DNA of 64,000 nucleotides from Eledone cirrhosa (Eukaryota), in assembly GCA_964016885.1 (NCBI GenBank), contig OZ024757.1:3968001-4032000 (forward strand). Reading direction: 5' to 3'. The notes beneath the pieces are model-generated. The model was not told the DNA's origin and ran no database searches. It worked only from the letters and a program-made list of their open reading frames with translations. The position numbers were made by a program, and so were the translations under genes. Shown piece after piece: positions 1 through 18,000 of the stretch. Position 1 is the stretch's first letter. The number at the start of each line of letters is the position of its first letter.

Positions 1-3000
1 TTCTGTTAATCTAATGGAATATATTCTGTTCATCTAACGGAATACATTCTGCTAATCTATCGTAATATAGTCTGTTAATCTAACGTATATATTCTGTTAA
101 TCTAACGTAATATATTCTGGTAATCTAACGTAATATATTCTAGTAATCTAATGAAATATATTCTCGTAATCTAACGTAATATATTCTGTTAATCAAACGG
201 AATACATTCTGTTATACTAACGGAATACATTCTGCTAATCTAACGTAATATATTCTGTTAATCTAACGTAATATATTCTGTTAATGTAACGTAATATAAT
301 CTGCTAATGTAACGTAATATATTCATTTAATCTAACGTAATATATTCTGTTAATCTAACCTAATGTATTCTGGTAATTTAACGTAATATTTTCTGTTAAT
401 CTAACCTAATATATTCTGGTAATCTAACGTAAAAAAATCTGGTATTCTAACGTAATATATTCTGCTAATCTAACGTAATATATTCTGCTAATCTAACGTA
501 ACATATTCTGTTAATCTAACGTAATATATTCAATAATCTAATGCAATATATTCTAGTAATCTAATGGAATATATTCTGGTAATCTAACGGAATAAATTAT
601 AGTAATCTAATGGAATATATTCTTGTAATCTAACGGAATATATTCTGCTAATCTAACGGAATACATTATGTTAATCTAATGGAATATATTCTGTTAATCT
701 AATGTAATATATTATGTTAATCTAATGGAATATATTCTGTTAATCTAACGGAATATTTTCTGTTAATCTAACGTAATAAATTCTGCTAATCTAACGTAAT
801 ATATTCTGTTAATCTAACGTAATATATTCTGTTAATCTAATGGAATATATTCTGTTAATCTAACGTAATATATTCTGTTCATCTAATGGAATATATTCTG
901 TTAATCTAACGTAATATATTCTGTTAATGTAACGTAATATATTCTGCTAATGTAACGTAATATATTCTGTTAATCTAACGTAATAAATTTTGGTAATCTT
1001 ACGTAATATTATCTGTTAATCTAACGGAATACATTATGTTAATCTAATGGAATATATTCTGTTAATATAACGGAATATATTCTGTTAATCTAACGTAATA
1101 TATTCTGCTAATCTAACGTAATATATTCTGTTAATCTAACGTAATATATTCTGTTAATCTAACGTAATATATTCTGTTAATCTAACGTAATATATTCTGT
1201 TAATCTAACGTAATACATTGTAGTAATCTAACGTAATATATTCGGCTAATCTAACGTAATATATTTTGTTAATCTAACGTAAAATATTCTGTTAATCTAA
1301 CGTAATATATTCTGCTAATCTAACGTAATATATTCTGTTAATCTAACGTAATATATTCTGGTAATCTTACGTAATATATTCTGTTAATCTAACGTAATAT
1401 ATTCTAGTAATCTAATGGAATATATTCTGGTAGTCTAACGGAATATATTCTAGTAATCTAATGGAATATATTCTTGTAATCTAACGGAATATATTCTGTT
1501 AATCTAACGGAATACATTATGTTAATCTAATGGAATATATTCTGTTAATCTAATGTAATATATTATGTTAATCTAATGGAATATATTCTGTTAATCTAAA
1601 GGAATATTTTCTGTTAATCTAACGTAATAAATTCTGCTAATCTAACGTAATATATTCTGTTAATCTAACGTAATATATTCTGTTAATCTAATGGAATATA
1701 TTCTGTTCATCTAATGGAATATATTCTGTTAATCTAATGTAATATGTTCTGTTAATCTAACATATATAATCTGTTAAACTAACGTAATATATTCTGGTAA
1801 TCTAACGTAATATATTCTGTTAATCTAACGGAATACATTCTGTTTATCTAACGTAATATATTCTAGTAATCTAATGGAATATATTTTGTTAATCTAACGG
1901 AATATATCCTGTTAATATAACGTAATACATTCTGTTAATCTAACGTAATATATTCTGGTAATCTTACGTAATATATTCTGTTAATCTAACGTAATATATT
2001 CTGTTAATCTAACGTAATATATTCTGCTAATCTAACGTAATGTATTCTGTTAATCTAACGTAATATATTCTGGTAATCTAACGGAATATATTCTAGTAAT
2101 CGAATGGAATATATTCTGTTAATCTAAAGGAATACATTATTTTAATCTAATGGAATATATTATGTTAATCTAATGGAATAAATTCTGTTAATATAACGGA
2201 ATATATTCTGTTAGTCTATCGTAATATATTGGCTAATCTAACGTAATATATTCTGTTAATCTAACGTAAATTATTCTGCTAATCTAACGTAATATATTCT
2301 GCTAATCTAAAGTAATATATTCTGTTAATCTAACGTAATATATTCTCGTAATCTAACGTAATACATTCTGGTAATCTAACGTAATATATTCTGCTAATCT
2401 AACGTAATATATTCTGTTTATCTAACGTAATATATTCTGTTAATCTAACGTAATATATTCTGCTAATCTAACGTAATATATTCTGTTAATCTAACGTAAT
2501 ATATTCTGGTAATCTTACGTAATATATTCTGTTAATCTAACGTAATATATTCTGTTAATCTAACGTAATGTATTCTGGTAATCTAACATAATATATTCTG
2601 GTAATCTAACGTAATATTTTCTGTTAATCTAACGTAATATATTCTGGTAATCTAACGTAATATATTCTAGTAATCTAATGGAAAATATTCTGGTAATCTA
2701 ACGTAATATATTCTGTTAATCTAACGGAATATATTCTGTTAATCTAACGGATTATATTCTGCTAATCTAACGTAATATATTCTGTTAATCTAACGTAATA
2801 TATTCTGCTCATCTAACGTAATATATTCTGCTAATCTAATGAAATATATTCTGTTAATCTAACGTAATATATTCTAGTAATCTAATGGAATATATTCTAG
2901 TAATCCAATGGAATATATTCTGGTAATCTAACGGAATATATTCTAGTAATCTAATGGAATATATTCTTGTAATCTAACGGAATATATTCTGGTAATCTAA

Positions 3001-6000
3001 CGGAATACATTATGTTAATCTAATGGAATATATTCTGTTAATCTAATGTAATATATTATGTTAATCTAATGGAATATATTCTGTTAATCTAAAGGAATAT
3101 TTTCTGTTAATCTAACGTAATAAATTCGGCTAATCTAACGTAATATATTCTGTTAATCTAACGTAATATATTCTGTTAATCTAATGGAATATATTCTGTT
3201 CATCTAATGGAATATATTCTGTTAATCTAATGTAATATGTTCTGTTAATCTAACATATATAATCTGTTAAACTAACGTAATATATTCTGGTAATGTAACG
3301 TAATATATTCTGTTAATCTAACGTAATATATTCTGTTAATCTAATGGAATATATTCTGTTCATCTAATGGAATATATTCTGTTAATCTAACGTAATATAT
3401 TCTGCTAATCTAACGTAATGTATTCTGTTAATCTAACGTAATATATTCTGGTAATCTAACGGAATATATTCTAGTAATCGAATGGAATATATTCTGTTAA
3501 TCTAAAGGAATACATTATGTTAATCTAATGGAATATATTATGTTAATCTAATGGAATAAATTCTGTTAATATAACGGAATATATTCTGTTAATCTATCGT
3601 AATATATTGGCTAATCTAACGTAATATATTCTGTTAATCTAACGTAAATTATTCTGCTAATCTAACGTAATATATTCTGCTAATCTAAAGTAATATATTC
3701 TGTTAATCTAACGTAATATATTCTCGTAATCTAACGTAATACATTCTGGTAATCTAACGTAATATATTCTGCTAATCTAACGTAATATATTCTGTTTATC
3801 TAACGTAATATATTCTGTTAATCTAACGTAATATATTCTGCTAATCTAACGTAATATATTCTGTTAATCTAACGTAATATATTCTGGTAATCTTACGTAA
3901 TATATTCTGTTAATCTAACGTAATATATTCTGTTAATCTAACGTAATGTATTCTGGTAATCTAACATAATATATTCTGGTAATCTAACGTAATATTTTCT
4001 GTTAATCTAACGTAATATATTCTGGTAATCTAACGTAATATATTCTAGTAATCTAATGGAAAATATTCTGGTAATCTAACGTAATATATTCTGTTAATCT
4101 AACGGAATATATTCTGTTAATCTAACGGATTATATTCTGCTAATCTAACGTAATATATTCTGTTAATCTAACGTAATATATTCTGCTCATCTAACGTAAT
4201 ATATTCTGCTAATCTAATGAAATATATTCTGTTAATCTAACGTAATATATTCTAGTAATCTAATGGAATATATTCTAGTAATCCAATGGAATATATTCTG
4301 GTAATCTAACGGAATATATTCTAGTAATCTAATGGAATATATTCTTGTAATCTAACGGAATATATTCTGGTAATCTAACGGAATACATTATGTTAATCTA
4401 ATGGAATATATTCTGTTAATCTAATGTAATATATTATGTTAATCTAATGGAATATATTCTGTTAATCTAAAGGAATATTTTCTGTTAATCTAACGTAATA
4501 AATTCGGCTAATCTAACGTAATATATTCTGTTAATCTAACGTAATATATTCTGTTAATCTAATGGAATATATTCTGTTCATCTAATGGAATATATTCTGT
4601 TAATCTAATGTAATATGTTCTGTTAATCTAACATATATAATCTGTTAAACTAACGTAATATATTCTGGTAATGTAACGTAATATATTCTGTTAATCTAAC
4701 GTAATATATTCTGTTAATCTAATGGAATATATTCTGTTCATCTAATGGAATATATTCTGTTAATCTAACGTAATATATTCTGGTAATCTAACGTAATATT
4801 TTCTGTTAATCTAACCTAATATATCCTGGTAATCTAACGTAATATATTCTGTTTATCTAACGGAATATATTCTGTTAATCTAACGGAATATATTCTGCTA
4901 ATCTAACGTAATATATTCTGTTAATCTAACGTAATATATTCTGCTCATCTAACGTAATATATTCTGCTAATCTAATGTAATATATTCTGTTAATCTAACG
5001 TAATATATTCTAGTAATCAAATGGAATATATTCTAGTAATCTAATGTAATATATTCTAGTAATCTAATGGAATATATTCTGGTAATCTAACGGAATATAT
5101 TCTAGTAATCTAATGGAATATTTTCTGGTAATCTAACGGAATATATTATGTTAATCTAATGGTATATATTCTGCTAATCTAACGTAATATATGCTGTTAA
5201 TCTAACGTAATATATTCTAGTAGTCTAAAGGAATATATTCTGTTAATCTAATGCAATATATTCTAGTAATCTAATGGAATATATTCTGGTAATCTAACGG
5301 AATAAATTCTAGTAATCTAATGGAATATATTCTTGTAATCTAACGGAATATATTCTGTTAATCTAACGGAATACATTATGTTAATCTAATGGAAAATATT
5401 CTGTTAATCTAATGTAATATATTATGTTAATCTAATGGAATATATTCTGTTAATCTAACGGAATATTTTCTGTTAATCTAACGTAATAAATTCTGCTAAT
5501 CTAACGTAATATATTCTGTTTATCTAACGTAATATATTCTGTTAATCTAATGGAATATATTCTTGTTCATCTAACGGAATATATTCTGCTAATCTAACGT
5601 AATATGTTCTGTTAATCTAACATATATAATCTGTTAAACTAACGAAATATATTCTGGTAATCTAACGTAATATATTCTGTTAATCTAACGGAATACATTC
5701 TGTTTATCTAACGTAATATATTCTAGTAATCTAATGGAATATATTTTGTTAATCTAACGGAATATATCCTGTTAATCTAACGTAATACATTCTGTTAATC
5801 TAACGTAATATATTCTGGTAATCTTACGTAATATATTCTGTTAATCTAACGTAATATATTCTGTTAATCTAACGTAATATATTCTGCTAATCTAACGTAA
5901 TGTATTCTGTTAATCTAACGTAATATATTCTGGTAATCTAACGGAATATATTCTAGTAATCTAATGGAATATATTCTGTTAATCTAAAGGAATACATTAT

Positions 6001-9000
6001 GTTAATCTAATGGAATATATTCTGTTAATCTAATGTAATATATTATGTTAATCTAATGGAATAAATTCTGTTAATATAACGGAATATATTCTGTTAATCT
6101 AACGTAATATATTGGCTAATCTAACGTAATATATTCTGTTAATCTAACGTAATATATTCTGCTAATCTAACGTAATATATTCTGCTAATCTAAAGTAATA
6201 TATTCTGTTAATCTAACGTAATATATTCTCGTAATCTAACGTAATACATTCTGTTAATCTAACGTAATATATTCTGCTAATCTAACGTAATATATTCTGT
6301 TAATCTAACGTAATATATTCTGTTAATCTAACGTAATATATTCTGCTAATCTAACGTAATATATTCTGCTAATCTAACGTAATATTTTCTGTTAATCTAA
6401 CGTATATATTCTGTTAATCTAACCTAATATATTCTGGTAATCTAACGTAATATATTCTAGTAATCTAATGAAATATATTCTGGTAATCTAACGTAATATA
6501 TTCTGTTAATCAAACGGAATACATTCTGTTATACTAACGGAATACATTCTGCTAATCTAACGTAATATATTCTGTTAATCTAACGTAATATATTCTGTTA
6601 ATGTAACGTAATATATTCTGCTAATGTAACGTAATATATTCTGTTAATCAAACGTAATAAATTCTGGTAATCTTACGTAATATTATCTGTTAATCTAACG
6701 GAATACATTATGTTAATCTAATGGAATATATTCTGTTAATATAACGGAATATATTCTGTTAATCTAACGTAATATATTCTGCTAATCTAACGTAATATAT
6801 TCTGTTAATCTAACGTAATATATTCTGTTAATCTAACGTAATATATTCTGTTAATCTAACGTAATATATTCTGTTAATCTAACGTAATATATTCTGGTAA
6901 TCTAACGTAATACATTGTAGTAATCTAACGTCATATATTCGGCTAATCTAACGTAATATATTTTGTTAATCTAACGTAAAATATTCTGTTAATCTAACGT
7001 AATATATTCTGCTAATCTAACGTAATATATTCTGTTAATGTAACGTAATATATTCTGGTAATCTTACGTAATATATTCTGTTAATCTAACGTAATATATT
7101 CTAGTAATCTAATGGAATATATTCTAGTAATCTAATGGAATATATTCTTGTAATCTAACGGAATATATTCTGTTAATCTAACGGAATACATTATGTTAAT
7201 CTAATGGAATATATTCTGTTAATCTAATGTAATATATTATGTTAATCTAATGGAATATATTCTGTTAATCTAAAGGAATATTTTCTGTTAATCTAACGTA
7301 ATAAATTCTGCTAATCTAACGTAATATATTCTGTTAATCTAACGTAATATATTCTGTTAATCTAATGGAATATATTCTGTTCATCTAATGGAATATATTC
7401 TGTTAATCTAATGTAATATGTTCTGTTAATCTAACATATATAATCTGTTAAACTAACGTAATATATTCTGGTAATCTAACGTAATATATTCTGTTAATCT
7501 AACGGAATACATTCTGTTTATCTAACGTAATATATTCTAGTAATCTAATGGAATATATTTTGTTAATCTAACGGAATATATCCTGTTAATCTAACGTAAT
7601 ACATTCTGTTATTCTAACGTAATATATTCTGGTAATCTTACGTAATATATTCTGTTAATCTAACGTAATATATTCTGTTAATCTAACGTAATATATTCTG
7701 CTAATCTAACGTAATATATTCTGCTAATCTAACGTAATATTTTCTGTTAATCTAACGTATATATTCTGTTAATCTAACCTAATATATTCTGGTAATCTAA
7801 CGTAATATATTCTAGTAATCTAATGAAATATATTCTGGTAATCTAACGTAATATATTCTGTTAATCAAACGGAATACATTCTGTTATACTAACGGAATAC
7901 ATTCTGCTAATCTAACGTAATATATTCTGTTAATCTAACGTAATATATTCTGTTAATGTAACGTAATATATTCTGCTAATGTAACGTAATATATTCTGTT
8001 AATCAAACGTAATAAATTCTGGTAATCTTACGTAATATTATCTGTTAATCTAACGGAATACATTATGTTAATCTAATGGAATATATTCTGTTAATATAAC
8101 GGAATATATTCTGTTAATCTAACGTAATATATTCTGCTAATCTAACGTAATATATTCTGTTAATCTAACGTAATATATTCTGTTAATCTAACGTAATATA
8201 TTCTGTTAATCTAACGTAATATATTCTGTTAATCTAACGTAATATATTCTGGTAATCTAACGTAATACATTGTAGTAATCTAACGTCATATATTCGGCTA
8301 ATCTAACGTAATATATTTTGTTAATCTAACGTAAAATATTCTGTTAATCTAACGTAATATATTCTGCTAATCTAACGTAATATATTCTGTTAATGTAACG
8401 TAATATATTCTGGTAATCTTACGTAATATATTCTGTTAATCTAACGTAATATATTCTAGTAATCTAATGGAATATATTCTAGTAATCTAATGGAATATAT
8501 TCTTGTAATCTAACGGAATATATTCTGTTAATCTAACGGAATACATTATGTTAATCTAATGGAATATATTCTGTTAATCTAATGTAATATATTATGTTAA
8601 TCTAATGGAATATATTCTGTTAATCTAAAGGAATATTTTCTGTTAATCTAACGTAATAAATTCTGCTAATCTAACGTAATATATTCTGTTAATCTAACGT
8701 AATATATTCTGTTAATCTAATGGAATATATTCTGTTCATCTAATGGAATATATTCTGTTAATCTAATGTAATATGTTCTGTTAATCTAACATATATAATC
8801 TGTTAAACTAACGTAATATATTCTGGTAATCTAACGTAATATATTCTGTTAATCTAACGGAATACATTCTGTTTATCTAACGTAATATATTCTAGTAATC
8901 TAATGGAATATATTTTGTTAATCTAACGGAATATATCCTGTTAATCTAACGTAATACATTCTGTTATTCTAACGTAATATATTCTGGTAATCTTACGTAA

Positions 9001-12000
9001 TATATTCTGTTAATCTAACGTAATATATTCTGTTAATCTAACGTAATATATTCTGCTAATCTAACGTAATGTATTCTGTTAATCTAACGTAATATATTCT
9101 GGTAATCTAACGGAATATATTCTAGTAATCTAATGGAATATATTCTGTTAATCTAAAGGAATACATTATGTTAATCTAATGGAATATATTCTGTTAATCT
9201 AATGTAATATATTATGTTAATCTAATGGAATAAATTCTGTTAATATAACGGAATATATTCTGTTAATCTATCGTAATATATTGGCTAATCTAACGTAATA
9301 TATTCTGTTAATCTAACGTAATATTTTCTGCTAATCTAACGTAATATATTCTCGTAATCTAACGTAATACCTTCTGGTAATCTAACGTAATATATTCTGC
9401 TAATCTAACGTAATATATTCTGTTAATCTAACGTAATATATTCTGTTAATCTAACGTAATATATTCTGCTAATCTAACGTAATATATTCTGTCAATCTAA
9501 CGTAATATATTCTGGTAATCTTACGTAATATATTCTGTTAATCTAACGTAATATATTCTGTTAATCTAACGTAACGTATTCTGGTAATCTAACATAATAT
9601 ATTCTGGTAATCTAACATAATATTTTCTGTTAATCTAACGTAATATATTCTGGTAATCTAACGTAATATATTCTAGTAATCTAATGGAAAATATTCTGGT
9701 AATCTAACGTAATAAATTCTGGTAATCTTACGTAATATTATCTGTTAATCTAACGGAATACATTATGTTAATCTAATGGAATATATTCTGTTAATATAAC
9801 GGAATATATTCTGTTAATCTAACGTAATATATTCTGCTAATCTAACGTAATATATTCTGTTAATCTAACGTAATATATTCTGTTAATCTAACGTAATATA
9901 TTCTGTTAATCTAACGTAATATATTCTGTTAATCTAACGTAATATATTCTGGTAATCTAACGTAATACATTGTAGTAATCTAACGTAATATATTCGGCTA
10001 ATCTAACGTAATATATTTTGTTAATCTAACGTAAAATATTCTGTTAATCTAACGTAATATATTCTGATAATCTAACGTAATATATTCTGTTAATCTAACG
10101 TAATATATTCTGGTAATCTTACGTAATATATTCTGTTAATCTAACGTAATATATTCTAGTAATCTAATGGAATATATTCTGGTAATCTAACGGAATATAT
10201 TCTAGTAATCTAATGGAATATATTCTTGTAATCTAACGGAATATATTCTGTTAATCTAATGTAATATATTATGTTAATCTAATGGAATATATTCTGTTAA
10301 TCTAATGTAATATATTATGTTAATCTAATGGAATATATTCTGTTAATCTAAAGGACTATTTTCTGTTAATCTAACGTAATAAATTCTGCTAATCTAACGT
10401 AATATATTCTGTTAATCTAACGTAATATATTCTGTTAATCTAATGGAATATATTCTGTTCATCTAATGTAATATGTTCTGTTAATCTAACATATATAATC
10501 TGTTAAACTAACGTAATATATTCTGGTAATCTAACGTAATATATTCTGTTAATCTAACGGAATACATTCTGTTTATCTAACGTAATATATTCTAGTAATC
10601 TAATGGAACATATTTTGTTAATCTAACGTAATATATCCTGTTAATATAACGTAATACATTCTGTTAATCTAACGTAATATATTCTGGTAATCTTACGTAA
10701 TATATTCAGTTAATCTAACGTAATATATTCTGTTAATCTAACGTAATATATTCTGCTAATCTAACGTAATGTATTCTGTTAATCTAACGTAATATATTCT
10801 GGTAATCTAACGGAATATATTCTAGTAATCTAATGGAATATATTCTGTTAATCTAAAGGAATACATTATGTTAATCTAATGGAATATATTCTGTTAATCT
10901 AATGTAATATATTATGTTAATCTAATGGAATAAATTCTGTTAATATAACGGAATATATTCTGTTAATCTATCGTAATATATTGGCTAATCTAACGTAATA
11001 TATTCTGTTAATCTAACGTAATATATTCTGCTAATCTAACGTAATATATTCTGCTAATCTAAAGTAATATATTCTGTTAATCTAACGTAATATATTCTCG
11101 TAATCTAACGTAATACATTCTGGTAATCTAACGTAATATATTCTGCTAATCTAACGTAATATATTCTGTTAATCTAACGTAATATATTCTGGTAATCTTA
11201 CGTAATATATTCTGTTAATCTAACGTAATATATTCTGTTAATCTAACGTAATGTATTCTGGTAATCTAACATAATATATTCTGGTAATCTAACGTAATAT
11301 TTTCTGTTAATCTAACGTAATATATTCTGGTAATCTAACGTAATATATTCTAGTAATCTAATGGAAAATATTCTGGTAATCTAACGTAATATATTCTGTT
11401 AATCTAACGGAATATATTCTGTTAATCTAACGGTATATATTCTGCTAATCTAACGTAATATATTCTGTTAATCTAACGTAATATATTCTGCTCATCTAAC
11501 GTAATATATTCTGCTAATCTAATGAAATATATTCTGTTAATCTAACGTAATATATTCTAGTAATCTAATGGAATATATTCTAGTAATCCAATGGAATATA
11601 TTCTGGTAATCTAACGGAATATATTCTAGTAATCTAATGGAATATTTACTGGTAATCTAACGGAATATATTATGTTAATCTAATGGAATATATTCTGCTA
11701 ATCTAACGTAATATATTCTGGTAATCTAACGGAATATTTTCTAGTAATCTAATGGAATATATTCTTGTAATCTAACGGAATATATTCTGGTAATCTAACA
11801 GAATACATTATGTTAATCTAATGGAATATATTCTGTTAATCTAATGTAATATATTATGTTAATCTAATGGAATATATTCTGTTAATCTAAAGGAATATTT
11901 TCTGTTAATCTAACGTAATACATTCGGCTAATCTAACGTAATATATTCTGTTAATCTAACGTAATATATTCTGTTAATCTAATGGAATATATTCTGTTCA

Positions 12001-15000
12001 TCTAATGGAATATATTCTGTTAATCTAATGTAATATGTTCTGTTAATCTAACATATATAATCTGTTAAACTAACGTAATATATTCTGGTAATGTAACGTA
12101 ATATATTCTGTTAATCTAACGTAATATATTCTGTTAATCTAATGGAATATATTCTGTTCATCTAATGGAATATATTCTGTTAATCTAACGTAATATATTC
12201 TGGCAATCTAACGTAATATTTTCTGTTAATCTAACCTAATATATCCTGGTAATCTAACGTAATATATTCTGTTTGTCTAACGGAATATATTCTGTTAATC
12301 TAACGGAATATATTCTGCTAATCTAACGTAATATATTCTGTTAATCTAACGTAATATATTCTGCTCATCTAACGTAATATATTCTGCTAATCTAATGTAA
12401 TATATTCTGTTAAAATAACGTAATATATTCTAGTAATCTAATGGAATATATTCTAGTAATCTAATGTAATATATTCTAGTAATCTAATGGAATATATTCT
12501 GGTAATCTAACGGAATATATTCTAGTAATCTAATGGAATATTTTCTGGTAATATAACGGAATATATTATGTTAATCTAATGGTATATATTCTGCTAATCT
12601 AACGTAATATATGCTGTTAATCTAACGTAATATATTCTAATAGTCTAAAGGAATATATTCTGTTAATCTAATGGAATATATTCTAGTAATCTATGGAATA
12701 TATTCTGGTAATCTAACGGAATAAATTCTAGTAATCTAATGGAATATATTCTTGTAATCTAACGGAATATATTCTGTTAATCTAACGGAATACATTATGT
12801 TAATCTAATGGAAATTATTCTGTTAATCTAATGTAATATATTATGTTAATCTAATGGAATATATTCTGTTAATCTAACGGAATATTTTCTGTTAATCTAA
12901 CGTAGTAAATTCTGCTAATCTAACGTAATATATTCTGTTAATCTAACGTAATATATTCTGTTAATCTAATGGAATATATTCTTGTTCATCTAACGGAATA
13001 TATTCTGCTAATCTAACGTAATATATTCTGTTAATCTAACATATATAATCTGTTAAACTAACGTAATATATTCTGGTAATCTAACGTAATACATTCTGTT
13101 AATCTAATGGAATACATTCTGTTTATCTAACGTAATATATTCTAGTAATCTAATGGAATATATTTTGTTAATCTAACGGAATATATCCTGTTAATCTAAC
13201 GTAATACATTCTGTTAATCTAACGCAATATATTCTGGTAATCTTACGTAATATATTCTGTTAATCTAACGTAATATATTCTGTTAATCTAACGTAATATA
13301 TTCTGCTAATCTAACGTAATGTATTCTGTTAATCTAACGTAATATATTCTGGTAATCTAACGGAATATATTCTAGTAATCTAATGGAATATATTCTGTTA
13401 ATCTAAAGGAATACATTATGTTAATCTAATGGAATATATTCTGTTAATCTAATGTAATATATTATGTTAATCTATTGGAATAAATTCTGTTAATATAACG
13501 GAATATATTCTGTTAATCTAACGTAATATATTGGCTAATCTAACGTAATATATTCTGTTAATCTAACGTAATATATTCTGCTAATCTAACGTAATATATT
13601 CTGCTAATCTAAAGTAATATATTCTGTTAATCTAACGTAATATATTCACGTAATCTAACGTAATACATTCTGGTAATCTAACGTAATATATTCTGCTAAT
13701 CTAACGTAATATATTCTGTTAATATAACGTAATATATTCTGTTAATCTAACGTAATATATTCTGCTAATCTAACGTAATATATTCTGCTAATCTAACGTA
13801 ATATATTCTGTTAATCTAACGTATATATTCTGTTAATCTAACCTAATATATTCTGGTAATCTAACGTAATATATTCTCGTAATCTAATGAAATATATTCT
13901 GGTAATCTATCGTAATATATTCTGTTAATCAAACGGAATACATTCTGTTATAATAACGGAATACATTCTGCTAATCTAACGTAATATATTCTGTTAATCT
14001 AACGTAATATATTCTGTTAATGTAACGTAATATATTCTGCTAATGTAACGTAATATATTCTGTTAATCTAACGTAATAAATTCTGGTAATCTTACGTAAT
14101 ATTATCTGTTAATCTAACGGAATACATTATGTTAATCTAATGGAATATATTCTGTTAATATAACGGAATATATTCTGTTAATCTAACGTAATATATTCTG
14201 CTAATCTAACGTAATTTATTCTGTTAATCTAACGTAATATATTCTGTTAATCTAACGTAATATATTCTGTTAATCTAACGTAATATATTCTGTTAATCTA
14301 ACGTAATATATTCTGGTAATCTAACGTAATACATTGTAGTAATCTAACGTAATATATTCGGCTAATCTAACGTAATATATTTTGTTAATCTAACGTAAAA
14401 TATTCTGTTAATCTAACGTAATATATTCTGCTAATCTAACGTAATATATTCTGTTAATCTAACGTAATATATTCTGGTAATCTTACGTAATATATTCTGT
14501 TAATCTAACGTAATATATTCTAGTAATCTAATGGAATATATTCTGGTAATCTAACGGAATATATTCTAGTAATCTAATGGAATATATTCTTGTAATCTAA
14601 CGGAATATATTCTGTTAATCTAACGGAATACATTATGTTAATCTAACGTAATAAATTCTGCTAATTTAACGTAATATATTCTGTTAATCTAACGTAATAT
14701 ATTCTGTTAATCTAATGGAATATATTCTGTTCATCTAATGGAATATATACTGTTAATCTAATGTAATATGTTCTGTTAATCTAACATATATAATCTGTTA
14801 AACTAACGTAATATATTCTGGTAATCTAACGTAATATATTCTGTTAATCTAACGGAATACATTCTGTTTATCTAACGTAATATATTCTAGTAATCTAATG
14901 GAATATATTTTGTTAATCTAACGGAATATATCCTGTTAATCTAACGGAATACATTCTGTTAATCTAACGTAATATATTCTGGTAATCTTACGTAATATAT

Positions 15001-18000
15001 TCTGTTAATCTAACGTAATATATTCTGTTAATCTAACGTAATATATTCTGCTAATCTAACGTAATGTATTCTGTTAATCTAACGTAATATATTCTGGTAA
15101 TCTAACGGAATATATTCTAGTAATCTAATGGAATATATTCTGTTAATCTAAAGGAATACATTATGTTAATCTAATGGAATATATTCTGTTAATCTAATGT
15201 AATATATTATGTTAATCTAATGGAATAAATTCTGTTAATATAACGGAATATATTCTGTTAATCTATCGTAATATATTGGCTAATCTAACGTAATATATTC
15301 TGTTAATCTAACGTAATATATTCTGCTAATCTAACGTAATATATTCTCGTAATCTAACGTAATACATTCTGGTAATCTAACGTAATATATTCTGCTAATC
15401 TAACGTAATATATTCTGTTAATCTAACGTAATATATTCTGTTAATCTAACGTAATATATTCTGCTAATCTAACGTAATATATTCTGTTAATCTAACGTAA
15501 TATATTCTGGTAATGTTACGTAATATATTCTGTTAATCTAACGTAATATATTCTGTTAATCTAACGTAATGTATTCTGGTAATCTAACATAATATATTCT
15601 GGTAATCTAACGTAATATTTTCTGTTAATCTAACGTAATATATTCTGGTAATCTAACGTAATATATTCTAGTAATCTAATGGAAAATATTCTGGTAATCT
15701 AACGTAATATATTCTGTTAATCTAACGGAATATATTCTGTTAATCTAACGGAATATATTCTGCTAATCTAACGTAATATATTCTGTTAATCTAACGTAAT
15801 ATATTCTGCTCATCTAACGTAATATATTCTGCTAATCTAATGAAATATATTCTGTTAATCTAACGTAATATATTCTAGTAATCTAATGGAATATATTCTA
15901 GTAATCCAATGGAATATATTCTGGTAATCTAACGGAATATATTCTAGTAATCTAATGGAATATATTCTGGTAATCTAACGGAATATATTATGTTAATCTA
16001 ATGGAATATATTCTGCTAATCTAACGTAATATATTCTGGTAATCTAACGGAATATTTTCTAGTAATCTAATGGAATATATTCTTGTAATCTAACGGAATA
16101 TATTGTGTTAATCTAACGGAATACATTATGTTAATCTAATGGAATATATTCTGTTAATCTAATGTAATATATTATGTTAATCTAATGGAATATATTCTGT
16201 TAATCTAAAGGAATATTTTCTGTTAATCTAACGTAATAAATTCGGCTAATCTAACGTAATATATTCTGTTAATCTAACGTAATATATTCTGTTAATCTAA
16301 TGGAATATATTCTGTTCATCTAATGGAATATATTCTGTTAATCTAATGTAATATGTTCTGTTAATCTAACTTATATAATCTGTTAAACTAACGTAATATA
16401 TTCTGGTAATGTAACGTAATATATTCTGTTAATCTAACGGAATACATTCTGTTTATCTAACGTAATATATTCTAGTAATCTAATGGAATATATTTTGTTA
16501 ATCTAACGGAATATATCCTGTTAATCTAACGTAATATATTCTGTTAATCTAACGTAATATATTCTGGTAATCTTAATTAAAATATTCTGTTAATCTAACG
16601 TAATATATTCTGTTAATCTAACGTAATATATTCTGCTAATCTAACGTAATGTATTCTGTTAATCTAACGTAATATATTCTGGTAATCTAACGGAATATAT
16701 TCTAGTAATCTAATGGAATATATTCTGTTAATCTAAAGGAATACATTATGTTAATCTCATGGAATATATTCTGTTAATCTAATGTAATATATTATGTTAA
16801 TCTAATGGAATAAATTTTGTTAATATAACGGAATATATTCTGTTAATCTAACGTAATATATTGGCTAATCTAACGTAATATATTCTGTTAATCTAACGTA
16901 ATATATTCTGCTAATCTAACGTAATATATTCTGCTAATCTAAAGTAATATATTCTGTTAATCTAACGTAATATATTCTCGTAATCTAACGTAATACATTC
17001 TGGTAATCTAACGTAATATATTCTGCTAATCTAACGTAATATATTCTGTTAATCTAACGTAATATATTCTGTTAATCTAACGTAATATATTCTGCTAATC
17101 TAACGTAATATATTCTGTTAATCTAACGTAATATATTCTGGTAATGTTACGTAATATATTCTGTTAATCTAACGTAATATATTTTGTTAATGTAACGTAA
17201 TATATTCTGTTAATCTAACGTAATATATTCTGCTAATCTAACGTAATATATTCTGTTAATCTAACGTAATATATTCTGGTAATCTAACGTAATATATTCT
17301 AGTAATCTAACGGAATATATTCTGTTAATCTAACGGAATATATTCTGCTAATCTAACGTAATATATTCTGTTAATCTAACGTAATATATTCTGCTCATCT
17401 AACGTAATATATTCTGCTAATCTAATGAAATATATTCTGTTAAAACGTAATATATTCTAGTAATCTAATGGAATATATTCTAGTAATCCAATGGAATATA
17501 TTCTGGTAATCTAACGGAATATATTCTAGTAATCTAATGGAATATATACTGGTAATCTAACGGAATATATTATGTTAATCTAATGGAATATATTCTGCTA
17601 ATCTTACGTAATATATTCTGGTAATCTAACGGAATATTTTCTAGTAATCTAATGGAATATATTCTTGTAATCTAACGGAATATATTCTGGTAATCTAACA
17701 GAATACATTATGTTAATCTAATGGAATATATTCTGTTAATCTAATGTAATATATTATGTTAATCTAATGGAATATATTCTGTTAATCTAAAGGAATATTT
17801 TCTGTTAATCTAACGTAATACATTCGGCTAATCTAACGTAATATATTCTGTTAATCTAACGTAATATATTCTGTTAATCTAATGGAATATATTCTGTTCA
17901 TCTAATGGAATATATTCTGTTAATCTAATGTAATATGTTCTGTTAATCTAACATATATAATCTGTTAAACTAACGTAATATATTCTGGTAATGTAACGTA